A stretch of DNA of 64,000 bases from an uncultured virus (IMG/VR IMGVR_UViG_3300010885_055091) (lineage: Duplodnaviria; Heunggongvirae; Uroviricota; Caudoviricetes): positions 62,001-126,000 of IMG/VR virus record IMGVR_UViG_3300010885_055091, one strand, 5' to 3'. How positions within the stretch are numbered: the stretch's first letter is position 1; each line of letters starts with the position of its first letter. A model generated the notes under the pieces. That model saw nothing but the letters and a program-made list of their open reading frames with translations, was not told the origin of the DNA and did not search any database. A program made the position numbers and the translations under genes. Positions 49,442-59,142 of this stretch are shown piece by piece.

Positions 49442-51439
49442 ATGGCCACTGTTCTAACTCCCCCAATTCGCACGATTCTTCCCAAAACGACTCTGACATT
49501 CAATCGTGCAAATAAAAATGTCTGGATGGGTCGTTGTTATCATACCTCAAGTTTAATTTCGGGAAACCGAATTCTTGTAACAGGGGGAGTTGACTGCGAA
49601 TTATCTAAATCTTGTGAAATATATGATATAAATACTAATACATGGACAAAAAGCTTTAATTTAATAAGGAATCGGGAAGCTCATTGCGCAGTAGTACTAA
49701 ATAGCGGAAAGGTTTTAGTAGCTGGTGGCGGATTTAGAATGCAGGACACCCTTGATTGGTATTCATATACTAACACGGGGGAATACTTCAATGGTCTGGG
49801 GTGGTATTCAGCTGCAAATTTCATTTCCGTTACAAAGTCCGGTCTTTCTGGCGTTTTATTAAATGACGGGCGAGCGTTCTTATCTGGCGGCATATTTGGA
49901 ACTATTGCTGAGACCAGTTGCGATACTTACGATGAATCTACGAATTCATTCTCACCGGCTGCATCATTAAACGTAGCCAGAGCTTTTCATACCTCCCATA
50001 CACTGAGCAATGGGTTGGTGATTGCTATAGCGGGTTCGGGAGACGTAGGAAATTATGTTGATAGTATTGAAATATATGACCCAAATTTGGATACTTGGTC
50101 CGTTTTTGGTACTACCCTAACTAATGGTGTAATCTTCCATGCCAGCGTTTTAATTGACGATGGCATTATCTTGATTTCTGGAGGTTCAAACGGAGCCCCC
50201 TTAAATGACTGTTACATATATGATTATTTCTTAGCTACTTTAACCCCTGTCTCTTCTATGAATCAACCAAGAGCTGGACACACTTCAACTCTCATTACTA
50301 ATGGGATTAATGCAGGAAAAGTATTAGTTACAGGCGGGTTTGATTCAACTGATATTTTAAAAAGCGCGGAATTATACGATCCTCTTACAAATACATGGAC
50401 ACTAGTTGGAACCATGTATGAAGAAGCATGGGGTCACAGTTCTTTCGATTTAGGTAATGGAGATATTTTAAACTTCGCAGGACAAGTATCCTGGAATAAT
50501 TACCTACCTCAGTTAACCACAAATAGCACCCAGAAATGTGACACTGACGTAACCATTCCGAACATTTATCCTAGCTTCTCCTTAATCACTAGAATGACAT
50601 CCAGGGATTATGCGTGTGCTTATAATAACGCAGCGGCAGAAGTCTCTGCCGTAATGGGCGGTGAAACCATTTATTTAACGGTCGGAAATACGCCCCTTAC
50701 TATCACTTTGGGTGCCATGGATACTTCAGTAGCAGCCATATGTAGCACTATAAATAGCGCATCTCTTACAGCGGGAATTGATAATTTATATGCAATTCCC
50801 GTATTTAATACTACTCCAAATGTCTTTAAACTAATATCTGTAGATAAAATATTTACTGGTAGTGGCATAATGTCGTATGCTGACTGGCAAAAGATCGGAT
50901 TACCTCAGGGTTACTTAAGCGACCCTGCAGTTTCTTCAGTAGAAGAAATATCAGTTCCTTATATTAGTAATTATGTAGATAACTCTGACTCTGTAAGCAA
51001 CATACAACCAATTTCCGATCATGCTAATAGAGTCACTCTCTACATTAAATTCAGGACAGAAGACAATTCATCTTCACACCCTAATCATGGATGGGTGGTT
51101 ATAGCAGTGTTGTGGGATAATGGTGGTTCTGAAGAATATTTATTCCTAAATGGACTAATCGAACCATTTACTGTTAACAATTTCAACGCTGGAAATCCCT
51201 TGGTCGGTATAGACTCTCAAACAGTTGGTCTTACTTCCATCCCGCCAAACATAAGCGGCTCAGCATATAATGGCGTTACTCAATCTATGATAAACCTTGA
51301 ACCTCCTCCTGGAAGCACAGGTATTAGAATAGCTGTATTTACTGGTGACCCATCTATGATATTGAATAGTACCGGAGATTTTCAGTATCCCTACATAGCG
51401 CCAAAGTTGTCTTTGATGATATCTGATGGTACAAGATAA
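49442..51439 (+). CDS. Kelch-repeat beta-propeller protein
   Basis: Repeated R..H....L..G.VLV.GG.......E.YD.....W units. Confidence 0.88.
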   Translation: MATVLTPPIRTILPKTTLTFNRANKNVWMGRCYHTSSLISGNRILVTGGVDCELSKSCEIYDINTNTWTKSFNLIRNREAHCAVVLNSGKVLVAGGGFRMQDTLDWYSYTNTGEYFNGLGWYSAANFISVTKSGLSGVLLNDGRAFLSGGIFGTIAETSCDTYDESTNSFSPAASLNVARAFHTSHTLSNGLVIAIAGSGDVGNYVDSIEIYDPNLDTWSVFGTTLTNGVIFHASVLIDDGIILISGGSNGAPLNDCYIYDYFLATLTPVSSMNQPRAGHTSTLITNGINAGKVLVTGGFDSTDILKSAELYDPLTNTWTLVGTMYEEAWGHSSFDLGNGDILNFAGQVSWNNYLPQLTTNSTQKCDTDVTIPNIYPSFSLITRMTSRDYACAYNNAAAEVSAVMGGETIYLTVGNTPLTITLGAMDTSVAAICSTINSASLTAGIDNLYAIPVFNTTPNVFKLISVDKIFTGSGIMSYADWQKIGLPQGYLSDPAVSSVEEISVPYISNYVDNSDSVSNIQPISDHANRVTLYIKFRTEDNSSSHPNHGWVVIAVLWDNGGSEEYLFLNGLIEPFTVNNFNAGNPLVGIDSQTVGLTSIPPNISGSAYNGVTQSMINLEPPPGSTGIRIAVFTGDPSMILNSTGDFQYPYIAPKLSLMISDGTR

Positions 51440-51561
51440 GGTCGTAGACGGGACTTGAACCCTTAATCCTATAGAATGTTTCATTGAACATTTATGTCAC
51501 AGACGAAAGGAGAACCCAAGGGAATCTAATTCAGCTCTCTTTATCCTTAAAGCGATATTAG

Positions 51562-51645
51562 CATTTTTGGCATAAAACTATCATTACTTGGGGCCAATTT
51601 CAACATTTTTGGTATAAAACTATCATTACTTGGGGCAAATTTCAA
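51562..51645. repeat. 42-bp tandem direct repeat x2
   Basis: catttttggYataaaactatcattacttggggcMaatttcaa, 2 mismatches between copies. Confidence 0.9.
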
Positions 51646-51663
51646 CACGGGTTTTTATCTTTT

Positions 51664-52957
51664 ATGAAAAATATTTCGAAAAGAGCTGATGAATTGAAAC
51701 ATGAAAATCATATGATGGACGTGGAAAGAATATCAATGCGGATTGCTTTTGGGAATTCGAACTTGATCGATTCTCGATTGCTTCGTATTGCGTTTCGCGT
51801 CATAGAAGCATCTAAGGTTGATGATTTAATACTCGCTAATCCAGGTTTAGAAGAGAGTATTAAAAAACTCTCCGATAATGATCCTTCTAAAAGTAATAAA
51901 TATATCGAATGGAGCGTTAAACAACTCAAACAACTGAAACAACTGAAACTAGAAGCCACAATGGGGGATTTAATTTCCACCATACAGGCGTTTCATAAAG
52001 TTCAAAATAGACTTGAGAAGAAAGACATTAACCAATACAAGACCTTGAAAGAACTGGAAGATGCTATAAAGGATCTTCCAGAATCCAAAACCAAAGAAAA
52101 GATCCAGGTGAAATCGGGGGCCAAAAAACTTTGGGAGAATGACACGCACGTACTCTTCAGGATGCATACTCAAAATGCTTGCATCGCATATGGAAAAGGC
52201 ACTAAATGGTGCATAACCATGAAGGATGACAATCCTTGGGATGAATATACTAATAATAATTCTATTTTTTATTTTTTGATCGACAAAAGACCATCCGAGT
52301 CTGAATATTCAAAGATCGCTTGGAACGTCCGAAGGAATATGGATGATAATAGCGTTGAAGAAGTCGAGATCCATGACGCTCTTGATGATTTGATAACAAA
52401 TTCTACGATTCAAGGAATACCGGAGTTCAGTAATATTAATCGCATGATCATAGAGGACGCTCCAAAGGCTCCGGATGGGCCCAATGTCTCTAAGCGAAAG
52501 GAACTTTTAAAAAAAAATTCTCGCGGATCACGACGCAGGGGAGAAAGCCGCCCTGCACGGGGCGGACCTGCGCGGGGCGAACCTAACCAAGGCGGACCTG
52601 CGCGGGGCGGACATGGCCGGGGCAAACCTGAAAGGGGGAAACCTGAGCGGGGCGTACCTGACCAATGCGGATTTGAACGAGGCGGACCTGGGCGGGGCGA
52701 ACATGACCATCGCGAAACTTAACGGGGCGAATTTGACCAGGGCGTACCTGTACAATGCGAACCTTAGCGGGGCGGACCTGACCGAGGCGGACCTGACCGA
52801 GGCGGACCTGACCGAGGCGGACCTGACCGAGGCGGACCTGACCGGGGCGGACCTGACCGGGGCGAATTTGACCAATGCGAGATTGATCGGAGCGATACTG
52901 GACGGGGCAAAAACTCAGGGAGCCAATTTCACCGGAGCCGATATGGAACCTGAATGA
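51664..52957 (+). CDS. RIA-leader phage domain fused through a frameshift at A9 (52509-52517) to pentapeptide repeats
   Basis: DPS...KY..W, DINQY, YG.GTKWC domain; the +1 frame continues ILADHDAGEKAALHGADLRGANL...; 15-bp gcggacctgaccgag repeats. Confidence 0.75.
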
Positions 52958-52995
52958 CCCGTATATATTTTATCTTTTAATGTACCATTCATAAT

Positions 52996-53553
52996 ATGAA
53001 CCCTGTAAACGCATCCCGTATGATGAAGAGAATGGCTGCCGCGTTAGCGGCATCCAAGTCCCCTAACAAATCCGCCGTAGCAAAAGATCTTATGGCATTA
53101 TCTGATGCCATAAACGGTAATAAGAAAGCTGAAGTTTATTTGTTAAATAAATTGGCTTTCGATCAGGATCAGGATGAGCGCACGGAGCTGTCTGACGACG
53201 TTTTTATTGAATTCCAAAAGCATTATCTTGACTGGGCAGGACAATTCGTATACTCACAGACTTTGAAAATGGACGGTGATCATGATCACTTCATTCCTAA
53301 CTACATCACCAATGGCGGTGGCAATGAATCAATGCCTCCATTCAAAGGCATAATGGTACCGTTCAATATATCAATTGATAAAGACGGAAAAGTCGTAATT
53401 TCTTACGAGGACAAATATGTTCCACAAGGGATTAGTTATTCATTCTTTCCTGCGAAAGCTAGAGGCAATTGGTCAAAACCAATTGGAGACTCATTTGAAT
53501 ATTTCACTGATAATTGCCCAGAAATGGCGAACTTCATACAAGATAACATGTGA
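52996..53553 (+). CDS. Hypothetical protein with KRMAA..P....VA..L N-terminal domain
   Basis: GTACCAT-N7-ATG; N-terminus resembles that of the 10429 gene. Confidence 0.7.
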   Translation: MNPVNASRMMKRMAAALAASKSPNKSAVAKDLMALSDAINGNKKAEVYLLNKLAFDQDQDERTELSDDVFIEFQKHYLDWAGQFVYSQTLKMDGDHDHFIPNYITNGGGNESMPPFKGIMVPFNISIDKDGKVVISYEDKYVPQGISYSFFPAKARGNWSKPIGDSFEYFTDNCPEMANFIQDNM

Positions 53554-53923
53554 GTTATCCTCGTAGGAGATGAGATGGCGAGAGGTTGACCAATTGATGA
53601 AACCCGATTGGTCAACAAATCCGCTATGGAAGCGTCACTTCTCCTAGTTCCTATTGTTTAATACGCTGTGCATAATCATAATTAAGATATTATGATTATG
53701 AGTATCAGTATATGGATTATTAACAATCATTCATAATCAAAAACTTTATATATCTAGGAATCACGTCACAAGTAGTAAATCTTTTAGATTTTGATCATTA
53801 GCAGTAATCTTAGTGGTCTTAATCAAATCTGCTCTATTCTGCTCATTGATATTAATATAATTTATACAGATTCTTCAGGAAAATATTTTCTTAGGCCTTT
53901 TCAAGTAGTATTATGTTGGTAAC

Positions 53924-54106
53924 ATGTCAAAACACGCTAAGATAACTTCCCACGAAATCAATGGATCGCAATGTCTTATATTCGAGCCTGAAAGTGACTG
54001 TTTTGTTATTGAGATAAAAACCGAATCCGGAGTTCTGGTATCAGAAAAAATTAGAAGAACACTATTTAATGAGTTGTTTTTAAGGTCTTATACATTAGAA
54101 GAATGA
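53924..54106 (+). CDS. Small hypothetical protein
   Basis: 60-aa ORF. Confidence 0.45.
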   Translation: MSKHAKITSHEINGSQCLIFEPESDCFVIEIKTESGVLVSEKIRRTLFNELFLRSYTLEE

Positions 54107-54118
54107 TAATGCCTCATA

Positions 54119-54535
54119 ATGCCGAAATTTCCGAAGCATATTGTAATATCAGCTAAGCAAATTTCCACAATCTTGATATCTTATTGGTATCAAGAGTCAA
54201 AAATATTGGAAAATATACCTAGTATAGCGTCAAAAATAAATAAGACATTATTATCATCTAATTATTCAAATAGTGTAATTGGTGAGTTAATATGTGAAGA
54301 GGGTAAATTAATTGATATTTACATGGTATTTTTAGAGTCTCTAGACATATATTCTTTATTACAACAGATAGAATATTCTAAACTTCTCTGGGATATTAAA
54401 AGAAGGTCTGGACTTAAAATTAGAAACGATGTAGCCAAATACCTGAAATCTACTAAGTGGTGGAAAAACCGAAAAGCCGGGTTTGATTTAGAAAGAAAAC
54501 GAATAAATACCATAAAGAAGGTCATGAAAGACTAA
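54119..54535 (+). CDS. Hypothetical protein
   Basis: 138-aa ORF. Confidence 0.55.
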   Translation: MPKFPKHIVISAKQISTILISYWYQESKILENIPSIASKINKTLLSSNYSNSVIGELICEEGKLIDIYMVFLESLDIYSLLQQIEYSKLLWDIKRRSGLKIRNDVAKYLKSTKWWKNRKAGFDLERKRINTIKKVMKD

Positions 54536-54551
54536 ATGTATATTTTGACTT

Positions 54552-54773
54552 ATGACATTATATAAAATATATAGCATTATATCTCTATTTGTGTTAGTCC
54601 TTACTTTCTTTTGGGCGAGGCGCAGTGATGATGCCCAAAAATGGAGTATCCTGATGAGAGGAATGGTAATTCTTACAATATCTATTATCTGGCCTACTTT
54701 CATTTTTGTGTCAGTGGGTGGTATTTTGGGAGTATTGTCGATAGCATCGAACCGATGGACATCGCCAAAATAA
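54552..54773 (+). CDS. Small membrane protein (2 TM)
   Basis: GTATATT-N7-ATG; hydrophobic segments. Confidence 0.55.
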   Translation: MTLYKIYSIISLFVLVLTFFWARRSDDAQKWSILMRGMVILTISIIWPTFIFVSVGGILGVLSIASNRWTSPK

Positions 54774-54886
54774 TCCTTTTTAGTGATATCGATTTGTGAT
54801 TCTTCTTTACATTTACATATATCCTTCATGAAAATTTACGGCAAAGGAAATGAGCAATATAAGATGTTATTATCCTGAACTTTTAT

Positions 54887-55435
54887 ATGGATAGTTATAG
54901 TCAATTAATTTTAAATATTTCGATAAAATACCCTCAATTTAGAATCCTTAAGAAGTCGAATTCTCGGATGATGAAAGCGATCGATCTACTGATACGTATT
55001 TTAACTTTTGGTAAAAATAAGTCATTCTTGACTGATTATGTAACCACCATAAAATATAAAGTATATGTACCGAGTGACTGGAGTACTTTCAAAGAAAGAG
55101 ATAAAATAATAGTCATTAATCATGAACTGGTTCATATGAATCAGTATTATCGATATAAAACATTATTTTTCTTGGCATATTTATTATTTCCTGTGCCTCT
55201 CTTCTTCGCGTGGGCCAGGACTAAATTTGAAATGGAAGCCTATGAGGTGACTCTGCGATTGACAGCTAAACGGTATGGCATACCTCACATAGAAGATGTG
55301 TTATATCGGAACAGCATTATCACGATCTTTACAGGACCTGGATATGGTTGGATGATGTATTATAGAAAATATGTAGAAAACTGGTACGATGAAGTATTAC
55401 GCAAAATCAGACAGGAGTCTGAAGTAAAATCTTGA
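54887..55435 (+). CDS. HExxH zinc metallopeptidase-like protein
   Basis: HELVH..Q and FEMEAY. Confidence 0.7.
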   Translation: MDSYSQLILNISIKYPQFRILKKSNSRMMKAIDLLIRILTFGKNKSFLTDYVTTIKYKVYVPSDWSTFKERDKIIVINHELVHMNQYYRYKTLFFLAYLLFPVPLFFAWARTKFEMEAYEVTLRLTAKRYGIPHIEDVLYRNSIITIFTGPGYGWMMYYRKYVENWYDEVLRKIRQESEVKS

Positions 55436-55829
55436 CGGTTGGGAACCGAGGTTCCTGATGTAAAGGAGATGTGCCTTCCTGATTGATGGCTTGTGATAAA
55501 ATTTCTTTTGTATCGAGACTTTGAATACTTGATAGCTTGTGAATTCTAACGGTAAAGTTTGTTTACAATGAGCCTGCAGTCTGATCTACCTATCGTGAAG
55601 TTCAACCTGCACGTATAAGCTTCAAGAATTCTACTTACCAGAACGATGAAATCGGAAATGACTGCTGTAAAAATAAGAGTTAGAGACGCCCAATCAATTC
55701 GTGAGGAAATACATGAACTGAAGGGAACCACGGCTTGTGATTGGATGAGAGCCGCCAAAAACCTTATCGATGAAAGAAACGAGGGAGTTGATGGGGAGGA
55801 CCGAGAAGTCCTCCTATCTATAAAACCCC

Positions 55830-56627
55830 TCAAGAATTCTTGATCGGTCCTATTACCTTGCGTATCTCTGCTGGATCTCCCTGGAATTTATAGAATCCAG
55901 TGTGGTCCAGCTTAATGGTCGGATTGGCAAAGACTCGACCGCCCATTCGTTTCCAGCGCAAACAGAAGGCCCAATCTTCGGAAAGATAGGTCCCATCTTC
56001 TGTGATTTCCGTATCATAAAGAGCATACATGAAGTGCTCACATTCTGGGGCATATGCCAAACTATCCCGATATTTTAATTCAGGAAAAGCGTTAAACATT
56101 CGCTCGAATACGTGGCGCTTAACCAACATGAAACCGGTGCCAAGAGTATCGACTTCCACCAAGTCCTCTTTGTTTACAACCGGATCGGCGGTTAAATTCA
56201 CCACATAACTAATGGGAATGCTCTTTTTAGGATAAAGACCGCCAACGACATCCTGATTATTACATAGCAACTTCAGGATGGCCTCAGGATCGAAGGCCAG
56301 GTCTACATCGATGAACATTAAATGGGTGGCTTCTGGGCATCCCATGAACTTTGCGACCAAATTATTGCGAGCGCGCGGAATTAGCGACTCGTTATAAATG
56401 ATATCCATCGTGAAATTAATTTTTAACTTAGTGGCTATAATGGCGAACTTAACGAGTCCTGCAAACGTCGATTCGCTGCACATGCCTCCGTACATCGGAA
56501 GAGCGAAATAAATGTGTTGTTCCTGTAAAAATTTTAAAGTTATTGGGTCTAAAGTGGAAGCTCCTCCATCATTTTTATTGGGAGTGGGAGTGACTTCAAG
56601 ATTTTCGTTTGATTCTTTAGATTCCAT
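55830..56627 (-). CDS. GT-A fold glycosyltransferase (GT2-like)
   Basis: ESLIPRARN, FIDVD (DxD), GTGFMLV, LSEDWAFC. Confidence 0.8.
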   Translation of the reverse strand: MESKESNENLEVTPTPNKNDGGASTLDPITLKFLQEQHIYFALPMYGGMCSESTFAGLVKFAIIATKLKINFTMDIIYNESLIPRARNNLVAKFMGCPEATHLMFIDVDLAFDPEAILKLLCNNQDVVGGLYPKKSIPISYVVNLTADPVVNKEDLVEVDTLGTGFMLVKRHVFERMFNAFPELKYRDSLAYAPECEHFMYALYDTEITEDGTYLSEDWAFCLRWKRMGGRVFANPTIKLDHTGFYKFQGDPAEIRKVIGPIKNS

Positions 56628-57685
56628 GTTTCCTAACCGATCAATAAAACCGTACCGACTGCGCTAATTTTTCATTCAAGAATCGCCGTTTAGGTGCAGT
56701 GGACGGTTGATATGGCGATTTGTGATGTGCTGATCTCTAGAGGACTCAAATTCGCGGGTCCACGATAAATTAGATTGACTGCTTGAATGGGAGCCGAGTC
56801 CGGTCGAATGTCCGGACCGGAGAAATCCGGAATGAGGTTGGAATGTGTAAAGCGTATCGTGGGCGTACTCGTTCAAAGTCGGAGGGGTCTGAGGACGTGG
56901 GTTGACGGGTGGGAAAGTGAATGGATGGGTGAGAGAGGCGAAGAAAAGGCCCCGGGAAGCGTCTCCCTGGGGTCCTTTGTCCTTACCCCGGGTTCGCTAT
57001 AATGTGGTTTAACGGAAGTACCTTTCCGGAGTCAGGAGCGTTATCCTGGTAATTGACGTTTGCTGACGCGTATCCTGAATATAAAGGGGTGTACGGGGAA
57101 TTGGAAGAATCCATAATGCGTGGGATGTCCAAGAACAATTACGGGTATACGGGAAAATAGAGAGAGATGCAATTCAGGATATACAGATTCCGGATAATTT
57201 TTATATCGATAATTTACAGATATGGGGTCTACCGATAGGATCGATTGTCCTGGTAATATTCGGGATAATCGGTACCATACATTACCATATAGTAAATTTA
57301 CAATATGACGAATTGGCATGATTGTTCGACCAATCCATGGAATAAAGAATACGGAAATCGGTAGAAACCGATTATTGATAAACTCAGCTTCCATCCGTTA
57401 AAGAATGCTTGGAAGTAATGTAAACGAGAGTGGAAGATTTCTGATAAAATGTAGAACGGCGGAATTACCAATAAATTTTAGTGGGGCTAAATATTCTGAA
57501 TGGATACTAAACGCCCGGTAAATCGCGGAGTAATCCTTTCCGTAAATGGGTGGAATTACAGAATACCTCAATCAATTCATCAAGCACAAATAGAGAACAT
57601 TAAGCAAAATATAAAATAAAGTATCCAAAATGCGTAGAAAACACTTGGCAAAATGTTGAGTAAAGTATTCTGGATGGTGCTCCAT

Positions 57686-57800
57686 TGAATACTCGATATA
57701 AAACTCCTGTGAATACTCGATATTTTAATTGACATGCTCGATATTTTACTTGACATGTTACTTGACATGCTCGATATATTACTTGACATGCTCGATATAT
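57686..57800. repeat. Array of ~21-bp repeats (ttacTTGACATGCTCGATAT)
   Basis: ttgacatgctcgatat at 57729, 57762, 57783; partial copy at 57750; tgaatactcgatat at 57686 and 57710. Confidence 0.85.
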
Positions 57801-57962
57801 TTGGAAAACGAATTTTCATAAAAGTAGCCCTTCCTTATTCTTATGGTCCTTGTTTGGTATCCTGATATTTTATCCGTAATTTAGTAAATTTTATTGGGTA
57901 CTTCTGTAAATTTTTTGAAATTATCTGTAAATTTTACTGGGTATTTCAGTAAACGGGAGACT

Positions 57963-58340
57963 TTAGGAAAGGTCTCCCGAAATTTTACGATCACCGGTAT
58001 GCAATTTTGCTTTGACTCCAAATTCATCAATTTTATCCATGGCCATTTCCTCGGTAAGTCCACTTTGTATTAAAATGCCCGAAATGAAAGTGCCGTCTTC
58101 TGGAATTATTCCCCCTATACTGTCTTGGCAAGCTACAACTGCAAAATGAGTGGTGGTGGACATCATCCAAATACTCCAATTGCTCTCTTGGAGTTCGGCA
58201 TTTTCCTTCTGCATCGAAATTAAACTATTTTGCACAAGTTTCTCAGGATTGTCTGAAATATTCAATTGTAATTCTATTAATTTGTCAATTGTTTGATCGA
58301 GGATTTCTTCCAACGCCTCTTTTATCTTCTTCATAAACAT
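57963..58340 (-). CDS. Hypothetical protein
   Basis: 125-aa ORF. Confidence 0.5.
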   Translation of the reverse strand: MFMKKIKEALEEILDQTIDKLIELQLNISDNPEKLVQNSLISMQKENAELQESNWSIWMMSTTTHFAVVACQDSIGGIIPEDGTFISGILIQSGLTEEMAMDKIDEFGVKAKLHTGDRKISGDLS

Positions 58341-58360
58341 ATGTGTAATAAATAGTTGCG

Positions 58361-58417
58361 CGATATATGGCAGATATTGCCACGATATATGGCAGATATT
58401 GCAACGATATATGGCAG
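58361..58417. repeat. 22-bp-period direct repeats x3 (cgatatatggcagatattgc)
   Basis: Copies start at 58361, 58383, 58405 (last one partial). Confidence 0.9.
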
Positions 58418-58553
58418 GTACTGCTATGCTTGATCCTATATATCGAGTGATTCTTCTTTTAAATTATACCAAAAACGGTGAAGACCCGGAAATTTACACG
58501 GAAACAAGTGTAAATCACGATTTATCTTCAACCAATTACAGGGTCTTCTTTGG

Positions 58554-58769
58554 TTATAAATCTTTTCTCTTGGATATTAAAAATAACGACCTCTTCATTA
58601 AATTCCGCATCTCTACTTGTAATTCGGATATTCTTTCCATGATACTGCACAATTCACATTCTTCGAATTTCACCCTATAAACCCCCTTTACAAGGTGACT
58701 GATAGCCCGCAGTTCCGTTCTACAATTTAGGCATTCTTTCGTCCTAGGTTTAAAAGGTATGACTTTCAT
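58554..58769 (-). CDS. Small Zn-finger hypothetical protein
   Basis: CLNC...CELC. Confidence 0.45.
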   Translation of the reverse strand: MKVIPFKPRTKECLNCRTELRAISHLVKGVYRVKFEECELCSIMERISELQVEMRNLMKRSLFLISKRKDL

Positions 58770-58819
58770 TCTTAGGTTCTTTTTCCGAAATTGTCGAATT
58801 TATCCGAAGCCGGGAATCC

Positions 58820-58876
58820 ATTCAATTGTTCACTTCTAAAATGTTTCGGTAAAATTTTAGAAGTGAACAATTGAAT
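58820..58876. repeat. Perfect 23-bp inverted repeat with 11-nt spacer
   Basis: attcaattgttcacttctaaaat / attttagaagtgaacaattgaat. Confidence 0.9.
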
Positions 58877-59142
58877 TGTACCATGAACGAAATACGGTAA
58901 TCATAAATTTCACTTATAGAATTTTCACTTCTACAATGCGAAAAACAGATTCAGTAAATACCCAATACTTTATTGAGACATTCTGTATCTGTCCTCGACA
59001 CTCCGTACAATTTTACTAAACACTTTTTACCATGTAAAGCCGACTTGGTAGCGCCTTGCCCCTAGTCCTTGATAGAATCATAAATCGATACTTTACAGAC
59101 TCTTCCCATTATGTAATTTTCTTTGAAGAATACCCAGGGAAT

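Noticed and set aside
52518..52875. Arg/Gly-rich tail of ORF 51664-52722 and antisense ORF 52528-52875
   Set aside because: Alternative-frame shadows of the pentapeptide repeat DNA.
8750..53000. Separate TATCTT-like late promoter upstream of RIA-tag genes
   Set aside because: Clear at only three genes (10429, 51664, 52996) and too degenerate in AT-rich DNA to support by eye.
56676..57394. ORFs 56676-56876, 56787-57002 and 57041-57394 as genes
   Set aside because: Mutually overlapping or compositionally atypical, with no motifs; likely non-coding.
51562..58417. Short repeat arrays as CRISPR
   Set aside because: Repeats are tandem with no unique spacers, and no cas genes are present.
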